A stretch of 38,785 bases of DNA from Trypethelium eluteriae (Eukaryota), in assembly GCA_051942245.1 (NCBI GenBank), contig JAVECL010000182.1, forward strand, positions 1 to 38,785, given 5' to 3'. The first letter of the stretch is position 1. Each line of letters begins with the position of its first letter. Of this stretch, positions 1 through 12,641 are shown one piece after another. The notes under the pieces were generated by a model. That model had not been told where the DNA came from. It worked only from the letters and a program-made list of their open reading frames with translations, and ran no database searches. The position numbers and the translations under genes are program-made.

Positions 1-1504
1 GGGGGAGGGAGACGGAAGGGGTGTCTGTTCCTTCTCCCCCTCAAAAAAAAATAGTATTTGCTTAATTTTGCTGTAAAATAACTTGTTCTTAATCAATGAA
101 ATGCCAAGTCAGACGTCATCAAGACGAAACAAAAAGTCCGAGTTTCATCAACGAGACGATCACGAAAAGCTTCCGGCCAAGTTGGGTGTATGAAACCATA
201 GAACAGGAGCTAATAAAGGCTAATACCATACAGGCTGTGAATCCAGGGCGTTGGAAAAGATGGTTTTGGAGTTTAACGTGGTGTGTAGTGAGGAGTTATT
301 CGACCTGTTAGAGCTTGACGGGAAGGAGACAACTGAACTGAAGCCGAACAAGTCAAATCGGACGAATTCGATATAGACCCTACCGTTTTATGGATATCCG
401 CTAGAGGCGCATCTAACCTTTACTGATGGTAGGGTCAGGGGCAACACGCGTGCACAGGTTTTCGGGACGAACGTTGCCCCTATCCCTGGACTATGGGCAA
501 CGGAAGAGCTAACTGTGTGATCTATAATGGTATGTTAGCGTGGTCTCAAAAAGGGACAAAGAGGCAAGTCGAAATAGGCTCATGCAGTGCTAGATTTACC
601 CTTTGCAACCTCGGTATTGAGAGGCCCAACTTTTGGTCGATAGCTGGAGCTAGAATGGCAGGCAAATTCAATAAGAGCTGCTATCGCACCGCCCCTGGAG
701 AACAGATCCTTCACCTCAATCAACCGGGAAAAGATTCTCTTCACAGTATCCAAATGCGTCTTTCAAAGTTATTGCAAGCCACTGCCACTGCGTCTTGCAA
801 GGATCTCCTCCTGATGAGACGCTGAGATCGACTCAATGGCGAAGCGATGCCTGCATCATTGATAATCTAGATGCGCGTACCCAATTTCAAGGCTGCGCAT
901 CGCAGCGTAGCCTTGCCGCTTCGGCCCATCGACTGGATCGGAGCTGATGCAATTAATTCTCTGACCCGCATTAGTCTCCTGCAAATGCCCGCATTCGGCT
1001 AGAATTGATCCAGCCAGGAGGCTCTGCATTATCTAGGTACGATGGAGGCTATTCCTATAGCGAATCAGATTTTCGAGAATATGTCACCAAATTGCTGGGC
1101 CGTCTTGGTATGCTGCTGGGGGGTACTTCACTTGGTAGATGAGTCGTTGTGCAACAAAGTGGTCGAGCTGAATCCTCGGCGTTGCGGAGCCTCAAGGCTG
1201 CCTTTTGCTCACTGTTAGCAAGGCTTCAAAGGTATTCTAATAAAGATTTTCTAGCACTTGAGAAGAGGCACGCCTACCATAATATCCGTCTGCTTCAACT
1301 AGACAGCCAATCTGTAGCTACTGTGTATGACGGTCCAGATCATTGCCATAAGTATGCAAATAAGCTATCAACAAATTTAAGGGCGACGAGGTCGGAGGAA
1401 TCAAGCCTTTGAATGCCCAAGAAACGATGCTGTGCGGCATAGCATTGCGGGTGCTGCAACTAGAAACTGTGATAAACATTTGGCTAGCCTAACGGTAGTC
1501 TCTT

Positions 1505-4500
1505 CTATTTGTCTAAAGCCTGAGCTTGGCACTGTCGAACTCATCAGTGACTTGTCGGGACAATTTCTCATGCATCTGAAGGGGACTTACCATCTGGAAA
1601 TACACCCCCTTTTCCCGCACTAGCTCTGCATGATTGCCCTTCTCCACAATCTTCCCGCCAGGGCCGAGCACGAAAATGACATCCGCCTTCTGGATCGTCG
1701 CCAGTCGATGTGCAACCGCCAGTATTGTCCGTTTGCCTTCACCAGCCGCATGTTCGATCGCAGCTTGGACTTGTTTCTCGGACTCGGAATCCAGGCTGGA
1801 CGTTGCCTCGTCGAGCAGAAGAAGGCGCGGCTTCCGCAACAGAGCGCGAGCCACGGAGATGCGCTGTTTCTGCCCTCCGGAGAGCGAAACCCCCTTGGGT
1901 CCCAGACGCGTGTTGTACCCATCTGGCAACGATATAATGAAGTCGTGAATGTACGCTTCTCGGCATGCTTCACGGACCTCATCCTCGTCTACCTCTTGCT
2001 CGCCTACCGACAGTGTGATGTTATCCCTGATGGTACCCTCATAGAGCGTTGGCTCTTGCGCCACAAGTGCAAGATGGCTACGGTACCCAGCCATATCCAA
2101 TTCTGCAATGTCGAAGTTATCGCATAGTATGCTGCCGCTATCAAGTGTGTAGAAGCGTTCGATCAAGCTGACGATTGTAGACTTACCACAGCCAGAGGGG
2201 CCTACAAGGGCAGCAAACTGGCCTGGAGTGATCTCTAGATTTAGGCCCCTTAGTACAGGTCCGGCCTCGGACCTAGTCGGGTAAGTGAACCAAACGTCTT
2301 TGCATTCAATGGCAATGCCGGCGGGAGTCGTAGGAAGAGTGCTTAGGGAGAGAGGCCCGGCTGTGCGAATCTCTCGGGTGCTCAGAATTCGATTACTGGC
2401 AGACGCAGCATTTGCCATATTAGGCGCGAATGCGAACCAGGCAGCTGCAGCTTGGGCGGACTGAATGGATGCTTGGTATACGACAAAGAATGCAATGACA
2501 CCAAATCCGCCTTCGGCGATGAGTTTAGTGCCATACCTCAGATATACGTCAGCTTCTGTGTTCATCAGACTAGTGTAAATACTTACCAGAAGACCAACGC
2601 ATTGCAACCCAGATCAATACTATCAGATAGTGCAAAGACAACGCCACCCCAAGTGGATTTTTTTGTGTTGGCATTGACATGCTGATCCAGCAGCACCCGA
2701 TATTTATTGCATATTGTATGTTCCATTGTCAGGGCCGTCACAGTACGGAACGCACCAGCAGCTTCTGTGGCGAACTGGGCACTATACTTAAACACCTTCG
2801 CGTTCATTTTTTCGGAGTCAATTTCAAGCTTGTATCGGCAAGCGCCAGAGATTAGAATGACGGGCATAACCGCGAGACAGCCCACCAATGCCAGTTTCCA
2901 GCCGAAAATGAATGATATGATAATGGAGCCAAGGATATTGGTAATTGAAATGAGGATGATGGCCATCTCGGCGCCCATAAGCTGCTGCATTGATTGGGGG
3001 TCTGTAGCGACCATAGAAGTCAAGGTACCCGGAGAATTCCCATCTTCATCGAAGAAACGGATAGGCCTGTTCACAAGGTTACTCAAGTACTCTTGGCGGT
3101 AGTGTCCAGAAATGATCTAACTTCATCAGCAGCATTTCCCAGAACGAAAAAGAATGGATCACTCACCCCAGAAAGCTGCACTGCACCCGTCGTAAGACTA
3201 AAGTATGCTATCAGCGATACAATAGCGAGCACAAAGAACATCAACGACCAGAAGTTGCCCTGATGTATAAGTTCTGCTCTCGGCAACGCAAAGACGTTGA
3301 TCATCTGTGCGAAGATCCATGCCATGAGTGGATATGTCGCTATCATGACAGCATTAGCCTCAAGGACGATGACCCTGGATATGGGGCTAAATATGAACTT
3401 ACCACCGCAAATGCACGCAGAAGTGAGTACGACAGCATAGAGTGGCACTCTATGCCTTTGTTCCCAAACCAAAAATCCAAAACTACCAATGAAGCCTCTC
3501 TCTTTGTACGCGGGTTCTTGCCCTTCCAGCTTTTTGAGATCTTTCGATAAGTCACCTTGAGTCTTTGCCCACCGAAGTACCCCAGCAGATGAGCTTTTCT
3601 CGTCGACACCAGTCATCTCAACGTCATCAACCCGATTGTCGTCCCCCAACATGAGCTGTTGGGCTCGAACAAGGGAATGATAAAATCCGTCCTTCATCGC
3701 TACGAGGCTGTCATGGGGGCCCTCTTCAATCATCTTCCCGCCTCTAAGAACTACTATCTTGTCGGCTTTCTTGATTGTAGACAATCGATGAGCGATGACA
3801 ATAGTCGTGCGATTCTTTGATACGACTTCTAACGCTCTCTGTACGATCTTTTCACTATGAACATCGAGTGCACTTGTCGCTTCGTCGAGAATCAAGATCG
3901 ACGGGTTCTTGACGATGCTGCGAGCGATAGCAATCCGCTGACGCTGGCCACCGCTCAACTTGAGACCACTTCCACCCACGACCGTATCGTATCCCTGGAT
4001 ATCGTCAGTAATTCATGAATTAGATCTGGGAGAGACTCAATTCGGAAGAGGCATTATCAAAGGATTTTGACGAACCTCAGGCATAGCGCTGATAAATTCG
4101 TGGGCATGCGATTGCCGGCAAGCCTCTTCTACCATATTTCTTTTGGTGGCCTCGTCTGCTTCAAACCACTTTGTGCCACAAAGGCCGAACATGACATTCT
4201 TGAAGATTGTGTCGTTAAATAAGAAAGGCTCCTGCTCTACGAAGCCGATCTGGGCGCGCCACCATTGCAAGTCAATGTCCTGCAGATTATGCGGCCCAAT
4301 CTTAATAGACCCAGAAGCGGCAGCTTCCTTTATAGCAATGACATTGTCTTCATTATCTGGTGTGCTGTCTGATGGGCTGTCTTTTTCGCTTCTTTCGGAA
4401 CATGTTGGATCGAAGGTATCAGGCAACAATGGCTTTTCGTCGCTTGAAGACTTCGCCGCGTTGTTCAAATCATACCATCGTTCGAGCTTGGCTCTCGATT

Positions 4501-6044
4501 AGCTGCTCGTAATCTGGTGTACTTCTGAGAATACGCACCAAGCCCACAATAGTACTTTTCCCGCTTCCTGACGGACCAACAATTGCGGTGGTCTTCCCGG
4601 CTTCAAATCTCATATGAAGCCCGTTCAGAATCTGCGTATCGGGCCTGCTCGGATAGGCGAAGTGTATGTCTTCGAATGTGATATCTGCTGAGGCAGAAGC
4701 GTCAGGCTCTTTGATCCCGCCGGTTTCTGGGACTTCTGCGTGAATGGTTGCAAACATCTCAGCCGCGGCCGACGCCGCTTGGGATATGGCAAGACCAGGA
4801 GGAGCGAGTCTACTGAAAGATGTTGTTGCCGTCATGACAGCCAGATAGACCCTTTCATCGTCAGTTGGTGCATACTGCGAGTTCAGAATAACGTACAGGA
4901 CAAGCGTACCAACCCCGCCGTCCACGCGGCCAGCAACATACTGCTGGATACCGAAATAAAAGGTGAGTGCTGAAGTCGCATATGTTATAAACAATGTCGG
5001 AGCCAAATATAGCCCAACGTACGGTGAGCTCTTGATCAAGCTCGCTATGAGCTTGTCAATCCACAAGGCATGACGTTTTGCTAGCAAAGCTTCTGCGCCA
5101 AAGGCAGCAACAACGCGAATAGATGTGAAAATTTCATTCGACAAAGCCGATGCCTCCTCCTTGTATTCTTCCTGGAATTTGCCGATCTTGATTAACGGTG
5201 GGAGAGACACACCCATGCAAAAAAGAGTTACTGGCAGCACAGCGCATGCAACGATCGTGATGAGAGGGTTGTACACAAATGATATGATAAAAAAGCCCAG
5301 TATGAAGGCAGTCGATTGGACGAAAAGTGCTAATTGCTGGGAGATGCCAAGCTGAATTGTGTTTGCAGAAGCGGTGATGCGATAGGAAACCTTGCCTGGG
5401 GAAAGTTTGTCCACGGAGCTGAGAGGTTGCTTGAATAAGGCTCGGAGATAGGCTAGACGTATTGCTGCAGATAGTCTTAATCCAGTCGTACGAACAGCGA
5501 ACTACCGTGGTCAGTGTGACTGGTACCCTGTGGAGCCCAGTGCCTGCATACTATAGAGATGTACGACAATACGAGCTTCGCAATAAATATATACACGATA
5601 TATAGAACATTCTGCGAGTTCTTTTCATAGAGAGAGTCTTGGTCGATGCCCGCGTTATAATTGGCGAAGCCGTTGATGATACGAGCTGATCCGGTTAGCT
5701 TGGTCATCTGGTCCTTCAGAGACGTCCCTACCGAGAATCGCAAACATGACTGGAAACGCCTGGAACCCGATTAGCAAAGAACCAAATAGTCCACATGGTC
5801 GACTAACCACACCGGCGCCAATGGAGGCTGCGAAACATATCGACAATAGAAAAACATCGAGAGGCTGGGCGAACTTGAACAATCTCTAAACAAAGGTCAG
5901 AGTTGTCTATGTTTTCAATTCACGCCCTCGTACAAAATAGTCCACTAGTGTTCCTTTCGTTGGCTCTATTCTCTGATTATTTGATGCGTCTTTCTGCTTT
6001 GGCGCCACCGCAGTAGTGTCCTTCTTCTCTCTCTGTGCCTCCAT
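1505..6044 (-). CDS. Full-length ABCB (MDR/P-glycoprotein-type) ABC transporter, TMD-NBD-TMD-NBD, about 12 exons
   Basis: Hand-spliced from ATG 6044 (MEAQREKK...[12 protein letters not shown]) to TAG 1505 ([15 protein letters not shown]). There are two NBDs, with Walker [10 protein letters not shown] and [10 protein letters not shown]-loops QEP, signature LSGGQRQR and LSGGQKQR, Walker [10 protein letters not shown] and LLLLDEATS, and H-loop AHRL. About 11 short introns have CTRAY branch sites (e.g. 5933-5886, 5807-5760, 2586-2537). Confidence 0.95.
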
Positions 6045-6200
6045 GATGCCAATCCTCAAGACGCGTTGGTGCGACCATGCGTGAGTGCCAGAGTAGAAAT
6101 ATCTCGGAATGTGGAGAGTGTTTTGCGACTGCTCGAGCTACGTGCAGCCCAGCGGGCGTCAACGCCAACGACAGCGGAGCGGGCATCGAGAATTCACGGT

Positions 6201-6227
6201 CTCGGGACTCGGGTCTCGGGACTCGGG
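6201..6227. repeat. Four tandem CTCGGG(A/T) heptamers upstream of the ABC transporter start
   Basis: The sequence reads ctcggga-ctcgggt-ctcggga-ctcggg, about 160-185 bp upstream of ATG 6044. Confidence 0.7.
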
Positions 6228-6936
6228 CAGATGCGCGCGCTTGCGAAGAAATTCGGCGATTCGTAGATGGTGGACAACAGCTTGGAGTACAAGGTCGATC
6301 TTGTCGAGGCTTGTCATGGCATCTGTTGCCGACTCATATCATCCGTGTCTTCCCATGGGTACCTAGTCCGCCATTCAACCTCTTCCTTCCGCGGCCAACT
6401 CCAACCTTGGAGACAATGCTCAACGCTTTAGATTCCACAGTGTCATCCACAAGGCCATCCTGTTGTATGTGCGCGTAGCTGCATCGCCAAGCTCCCCATA
6501 AATTGAGCAATCATACACGACGAATCAACCACAGATGCCGACGAAAGGGCTGCCGTCCTCGTTGGCTCTCGAAATTCGCTCTTCTGCGCCTGGGATCCCG
6601 GCCACGATATGCGCAACATGCAGAGTCAGTTCTTCAACAGCTTACAGCGGTGTAAGGTAAGGGCCTCGAGGCATATAAGACTGCCGATGCTACAGCCTCG
6701 CTCAACGTGCATAATCTCTCCATGCGAACGGGAGCGTAGCGTCGGCAGTGCATTGCGCCTCTTGCCACCTTGGTGCGCGTCTGATGTATACCCAGCATTG
6801 CAGAGCGCTACCATCAAAGGCGCTTGCTTGAGCTATGTCACGGAGATCTCGCAGTTCTGAACGTTGAAACAGATGCCTCAATGTGTCGAGTGGTGTGCAA
6901 GGATAACTCTTCCCGAGATAGGAGGCTTACTAACCT

Positions 6937-7051
6937 TACTCTACAGGACGGTGCACGGTTGCCGCCGCCACTTCCGCCAAACCCCTGACGCTACTGGGAG
7001 TTTTTGGCGGAAGTGGAGGTGCCGTACCCTAACCACGCACCATGTATAGTA
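6937..7051. mobile_element. Degenerate small fold-back (MITE-like) element
   Basis: A perfect 14-bp inverted repeat CCACTTCCGCCAAA (6968-6981) pairs with TTTGGCGGAAGTGG (7003-7016). The arms extend imperfectly outwards to TACTCTACA...TGTATAGTA ends. Confidence 0.4.
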
Positions 7052-8459
7052 TTCTGCCTATATGCATTAGCTTCCTCAAGCTATGTCGAACCTGTCTCAA
7101 CGTAGAAAGATGTTCATGACGTGATCTTTTATTCGGAGTTAAGCTTTACTCACCAGACATGCTCCCTGCTTATTCCACTGCCACAACTGTTTTCTACATT
7201 TACCATATCGTATCACTGAGCTCGACCCATATCAACTTTGAACTTCGGGCACACCACCCCGCACGCGGGAAAGCATCTGGATATGCCAGAAGTCTCTCTC
7301 TCATGACGTCTGGTTGGATCGATATCACGAGAGACTTACCTTCCCATGCTTCTGTACATGGAGCTACACAAAATGGGCTCGCTGCAGCGCAGCCATTCAT
7401 ATATGCATTATTAAAGATCTCCCGCACACACCTTGTCGGCGTAGGGTTTCGGCGGAAGCAGGTCCAGTAGATTTGTCTTGAGATCTGCGAGCGGGTCCCG
7501 GCTCATCTAGAGCAACCCTGCTGGAGCTGTCGTAAGTCCCGGGTAACCTAGGAACATAATCGCAGAGCGAAGATCGGGAATTGATTCAGTACAGGCACTT
7601 GATGTAGTCAAAGAGAGAGGAGAGACTTATCGGACGAAGACCCTAGTTGAGACTCTCTACCATACCTGGGTAGACGATAGTATACCTCGGTGGGCAATAC
7701 TATTAGGTACCTAATGTAGGTATCTTACCTTATGCAATAGAGGACCCAAGTAGGCACGTGATCAGTCCTCCAACCTCCTAAACTCCAATTTGACCGAGTT
7801 TTAGTGGCATCGAATAAGAGCCAAGCACTGCAAATCGGACCCTCAGAGGATTTTAATTGCAATGTGGCTACATAGAACCATAGCATCTCCGTGCTGGGCC
7901 CCAATGTCTACGGGATCTGCTTCTGTAAACCGCCAGTGCGCAAAGTTACCATTCAAAGGCTTCCAGATACCCATTCCTTGGGGCATCGGATATGCTAGGA
8001 CGCGCAAGGTCTCCTTGACCGCAATAAACGGCACTTCAACAGGAGCTGGCCGGCAATCGGAGAGCTAAAGACCAGGGATCCATTCAATGACGACACTTGG
8101 TAGAGGAAAGCAGAGGAAAAAGTCAATCGGAGGCATAATCCAGTAGAGATTCCCAGCTATATCCAGGCATACCATAGAGGACCCACGTAATCACGCCTTC
8201 AGCTCTACCTCTGACAGAATCACCCGCTAACATCGATAGTTCGGTAGTTTTCTTCCAATCTAACCCTCTTACCTCTGATCAAGTATTTATTTAATCACCC
8301 TATGAGGCCTTCCTCAGAATTCCATCGGACGCACTGCTTAATCTACGAAGCCAACATAGCCCTAAACCTCTCAGCAGAATTGTGCCTTGTTGTTTGAGTT
8401 AGTGCGTCTCCGCATCTCTTTCGCTGATAAATCTCCACCTGGATCAATCGTCAATCGTC

Positions 8460-9844
8460 ATGGGCGACATCAGTGAGGTTCACGAGAATGGTATCACCCA
8501 CGTAGTTGGCGACAAGGCGGACGCACGTCTGATGGGGGATCATCCCCTCTACACTATGCCCCCAACCATGAAGGCAATTCCTCGAGAAGGTGCGAAATGT
8601 CTCCAGGCAAAGAGTGCCTCTCAATGGTCAGGCAGATGAATCAGTTGATAATCTCTGACCCTCCACCAGAGCTTGATGTCCGTTCCGATGAAAAAATCGA
8701 TAAAACCATCATCAACCCGCCCCCGGTCTCATCCGAAAAGAACGTCTGGTTTTTCTGGGATCAGGGCTACACACACGTCCACCCATATGCCCAACGGAAC
8801 ATTCGTGCCTGGCATCGCCGCCTCTCGCCTTTCGGCTGGACTATACGCGTCGTTGACCTCACGGATGGACCGAGCGGCATCTCCAAGTTCCTCGACACGA
8901 CCGATCTCAAGCTCTTCCCTGCCTGCTACCACGACCGCCGTGTCGACGGGCCGCACCGCGGTCAGACCGTCTCCGACCTCGTGCGTTTCCCACTACTCCT
9001 GACGTACGGCGGCATCTACTCGGACGTCACTACAATGATAATCGGTGACCTCGAGAAGCTGTGTAACAGCACTATCTTCGACCCGACAAGCCGCTATGAG
9101 TTCATCGTGTTTAACGGCGGCAACGACGAGGCGCCTCGCTTACCCTTCAACTTCTTCATGGCCGCCCGCCCGGGTAACCCATACGTCCAGCGCGTGCAGG
9201 ACCTGTTGATGACACTGTGGGCCGCTGACGGCGGGCGCACCAACATCGGGGGCATGGACAAGCACCCGCTGATCAAAGGTCCCCAGCGCTGGCAAGTCCC
9301 GGAACAGATGCTCAAGGGCGAGAGCGACGGCCGCAGCTTTACCGAGTGGCAGGACGACCTGTGGGACTACGGCGCGCAAATGACGGCCATGAACCAGGTT
9401 CTGGGCACCGTAGACGAGGAGCTCGGATGGAATGGGCCCGAGTACGGCGAGAAACACATATTCGCGCTCGATACCGCCATCCATGCGCTTCTGATCGACT
9501 ATCTGGCGTTGTTTAGCGGGGCAAGGGCCTTTCAACTTCTCTCACTGCCGTTGCCAAAGGAAGGTACGGCGGAGACGGATGACCAGAAAGCAGCTCGCAA
9601 TATCGTGGAGCAATTGTTGGCGACGTCATTCGCTGTTAAGTTGGGACATAGCGGCACGAGAATTTGGGGGGACACGCTAGGGTTACTTTGGAGGAAGAAT
9701 GTAGGATCGGACGATGTCGTGGGAACATATGCACACTGGTTGAGATATGCCATGGTACATTGGACAAGAATTGAGAAACCGACGCCGTTGGAGTTCAAGG
9801 CCCAGAAACCTTTGAAAGTAGGGCCTTTGTTGCGGGTTGAGTAA
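8460..9844 (+). CDS. Glycosyltransferase, GT32-like / capsule polysaccharide synthesis family (about 434 aa)
   Basis: Exon 1 is 8460-8589, the intron 8590-8669 (GTGCGA...CTGAC...CAG) and exon 2 is 8670-9844. Family motifs: KNVWFFWDQG, RNIRAW, SDLVRFPLLLTYGGIYSDV (the SD..R..L...GG.Y.D core of GT-A/GT32-type enzymes) and NFFMAARPGNP. Confidence 0.85.
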
Positions 9845-10031
9845 GGATTGATTTGCTAATGAGTGGCAATTGCTTGGTATGACGAAGCATTGCGTAGACC
9901 TGGTAGTTTCTCAAATTAGAGTAAGGCACGCAGATGTCTGGTAACGAGTTTCAGTCAAAAGGACGCGTCAGTTAATACTATACTCAAACCCTTACCAAAG
10001 GGTACAGACTACTTCAGTCCAACCTTGAAAT

Positions 10032-11513
10032 TCATATCCGTTCATGCCACATATCGTATGCGGTCGCGGCGATCTTGCGCTGGTCTCCTGTTGCCACTAC
10101 CCGTTCCGGCACCCGTGGCATCATTAGCATGCTCTCTATATCCGTGACAATTCCCGCTCCACAATCGAGACTGTACGAATTATTTCCACTTGTCAAAGAA
10201 GCTTTCTTGTCCAGCTCGAGCTGATTCTCGCAATCTACGGCGGCGGCGGTGACGGTGGTGGAGGAACGAAATCCACGTAGCAGAGAGAAGTTGTCGCTAC
10301 TTTTCTCGCGCAAACGGTGCCCGTTGTGGCGTGGTGAGGGGTTCGATGAGCGGCTCTTCATGGAGAGGAAGAAGCGCGCGCGTCTGGTAAGGAATCCCGA
10401 GATGGGTCCACCGGGTAACAAGGGCCCGAGGCACGGTAGGCAGGCGGCGATGATGGAGCAGTTGAGTTCGATGATTACGAAAATGTAGAGTTTAGCCTCG
10501 ATGGCTAGAGAGTGGTCAGGAGGTCAGCCAGGTGAGACAGAATGGAATACGTTGCTTGTTTTGTTTTGTTTTGTTCTGTTTTTGTTTTTTTCAGATCATT
10601 CCTTTTTGCCTTCTCTAGACGGGAGAGTGTCTTTGGATGAGGTAGACTAGTATCAGGAAAGAGAATTGGCCAAACTACCCATTCGCTTCCGTTCAGTAAA
10701 AGTAGAATCCACAATCATGGAGTTGCCTTGGTATATGAGTACAAGGCGGACGATGGCCGCAACGACGCAGCTACGATGAGCGGCAGTGAACTTGCGTGAG
10801 AAAGTACTTTAGTGCACGTACAAGGCCCCGAGCCAAAGTATAACGCCCACGGCAATTTTACGTTCAGTCGGCATATGCAATTGCCCTAGGACAGGCAATG
10901 GAAGGCATAGGACTAGAACGTCCAAGCAGATGCTTGTACCGGCTTGTGCCAGGCTAAAAGCAGTCGTGTTGATGTTGAAGGAACCCCTCTCTGTCCAGGC
11001 AGCACTGATTGGGTCTGTCTCGAAGATCTGGACCTGCGGCGTCTGTCAGGATAAGAGACTGTAACGAAGGGGTCTCGTTTTTACTAGAGAGATCGCCAGT
11101 CCCCAGCCAGCCACCAGACCGATAGCAGCCCATGCAGTAATAATAAACTTTGGCGTAGAAAATATCCTCTTATACAATAGGATTGTGGAGATCTTGACAG
11201 AAGTATTGGAAATGTCAACGAAAAACGGACCAATAAATACACAACGAAGTGCTTCTAATCTAACCATAGACGGATCAATCTTATAATTGTTGACCCCCAA
11301 CATGCTGCTGAAGACCCAAGTTAGAATGCTGAACGCAAGCGTTACAATCCAAGTTCCCGCTATCCACCAGTTATCAGCCCGAAGAGGTTGTTGACTGATT
11401 TGACGAGCCTTGGGGCGAAGGATGACTGAAAGGAGAGCAAGCAAGGGAAAGATAGCAGAGACAATCACGACCGAAGTCGTTAACAAAGACGGCGAGCTTG
11501 CTGTTGACGACAA
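10032..11513 (-). CDS. PTH11-like / fungal rhodopsin-domain integral membrane protein (about 401 aa), no in-frame ATG; possible incipient pseudogene
   Basis: Exons 11513-11085, 11033-10822, 10770-10679 and 10504-10032 splice into one uninterrupted frame. It carries the family motifs ADNWWI, VKISTILLYKRIF, LDVLVLCLPLPVL..LHMPTERK, FCVVAAIVRL and IELNCSIIAACLP. The frame begins at TTG with an in-frame TGA three codons upstream. Confidence 0.8.
10556..10591. repeat. Imperfect (TTTTG)n microsatellite in intron 3 of the PTH11-like gene
   Basis: The sequence ttgttttgttttgttttgttctgtttttgttttttt lies inside intron 10678-10505. Confidence 0.7.
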
Positions 11514-12641
11514 TTTCTTTCATCTAGCTTCAGAAGGAGGCTAGTGTTGACAGAAGGCATGAGTGTTCAGTTGTGTACGAGGCTGAGCCAAACGAAATGT
11601 AAGAGCTCATGTGATAGCTTCGTCACCTACTTTGCAAATCATTCCCCATTCGTCTTCACCAACTCCAACAAAAACAATGTCTGCATCTCCATAGAGCCAT
11701 ACACGACAGGGCCAATTAGGGCGCTGTGCGTAATCCCGACGACTTTGTGGGCTGCAATCCGCAATAGCGAATCGGAAGGCGACCGCAAGGCCCTATGGCC
11801 ATATAGAGACGCTGTTTTTACTCGGTTTGTGTGTACTTAGCGCAGTCTCTGCATCAAAACTGGTCACTTGTACTTCCAGTGGTAGAAGCCGCGTATGAAA
11901 CGGTCATGCTATGTGACATATGAGGCGCTGAGGTATGGCCAACGATGGGTTGTAATAGGGTTGCTCGCGTACTGAATCCGTCATAGTGGTAGAATGTTCC
12001 TCAAAGTCAGCTCTTCCTGGATGCATTTCTTCGCCTACCTCACTCTACAAATCAACGGCCTAATCTGAGTGTCATGGCGATTGACAAAGACTTATCGAAA
12101 TGCAAATACCATTTCCGCAGATAAGAACTTCACAATCACCAAATCGTTCCTGCTTAAGACCATCGCAAAGACAATTACGAAGGACTCGGATATGAACGTA
12201 TTTGGAAAAAGCCTGAATGGCAAGTCGGCGGAGATACTCTGCAAGGCAGAGAGCTAGGAGTGGGGGGCCGCATAGGGACTACTGCATGATGAGGAAGATC
12301 GCTCACAAGCAGTCCTGAGGCCGCTTGTCTGTGGCAAAGCAGACCACAGCCATAGTGAGTGGCCTACACGGGGGATTATTTGAAGCAGGAAGTTGAAAAG
12401 CGATACTCTCGGATGCACTGCTCAACCTTTGTTAAAATGATACGTTAGGAGCTCAAGGCTCATTTAGCGACGCGACGCGTCATCGCTTATTAAGCAACAG
12501 TGTCGTCCCTGCGCTCAGCCACCCCACACCTGAGCACTGCCGCACTGTGTACTCCGTAGGTGATCCTATTTCAGACTCATCCTTCCTCTTGTACTTCTCA
12601 GACGATCATGCGATGCTGAAGATCCTTCAATCCTACAATGA

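Noticed and set aside
1..55. G-rich/C-rich hairpin followed by an A run at the window edge
   Set aside because: The pairing is imperfect, the feature is cut by the window boundary and it has no diagnostic element ends.
96..1450. Short ORFs left of the ABC transporter
   Set aside because: They have no recognisable motifs or consistent splice model.
7843..8070. Protein-like minus-strand ORF fragment
   Set aside because: No family was recognised and no gene model could be built.
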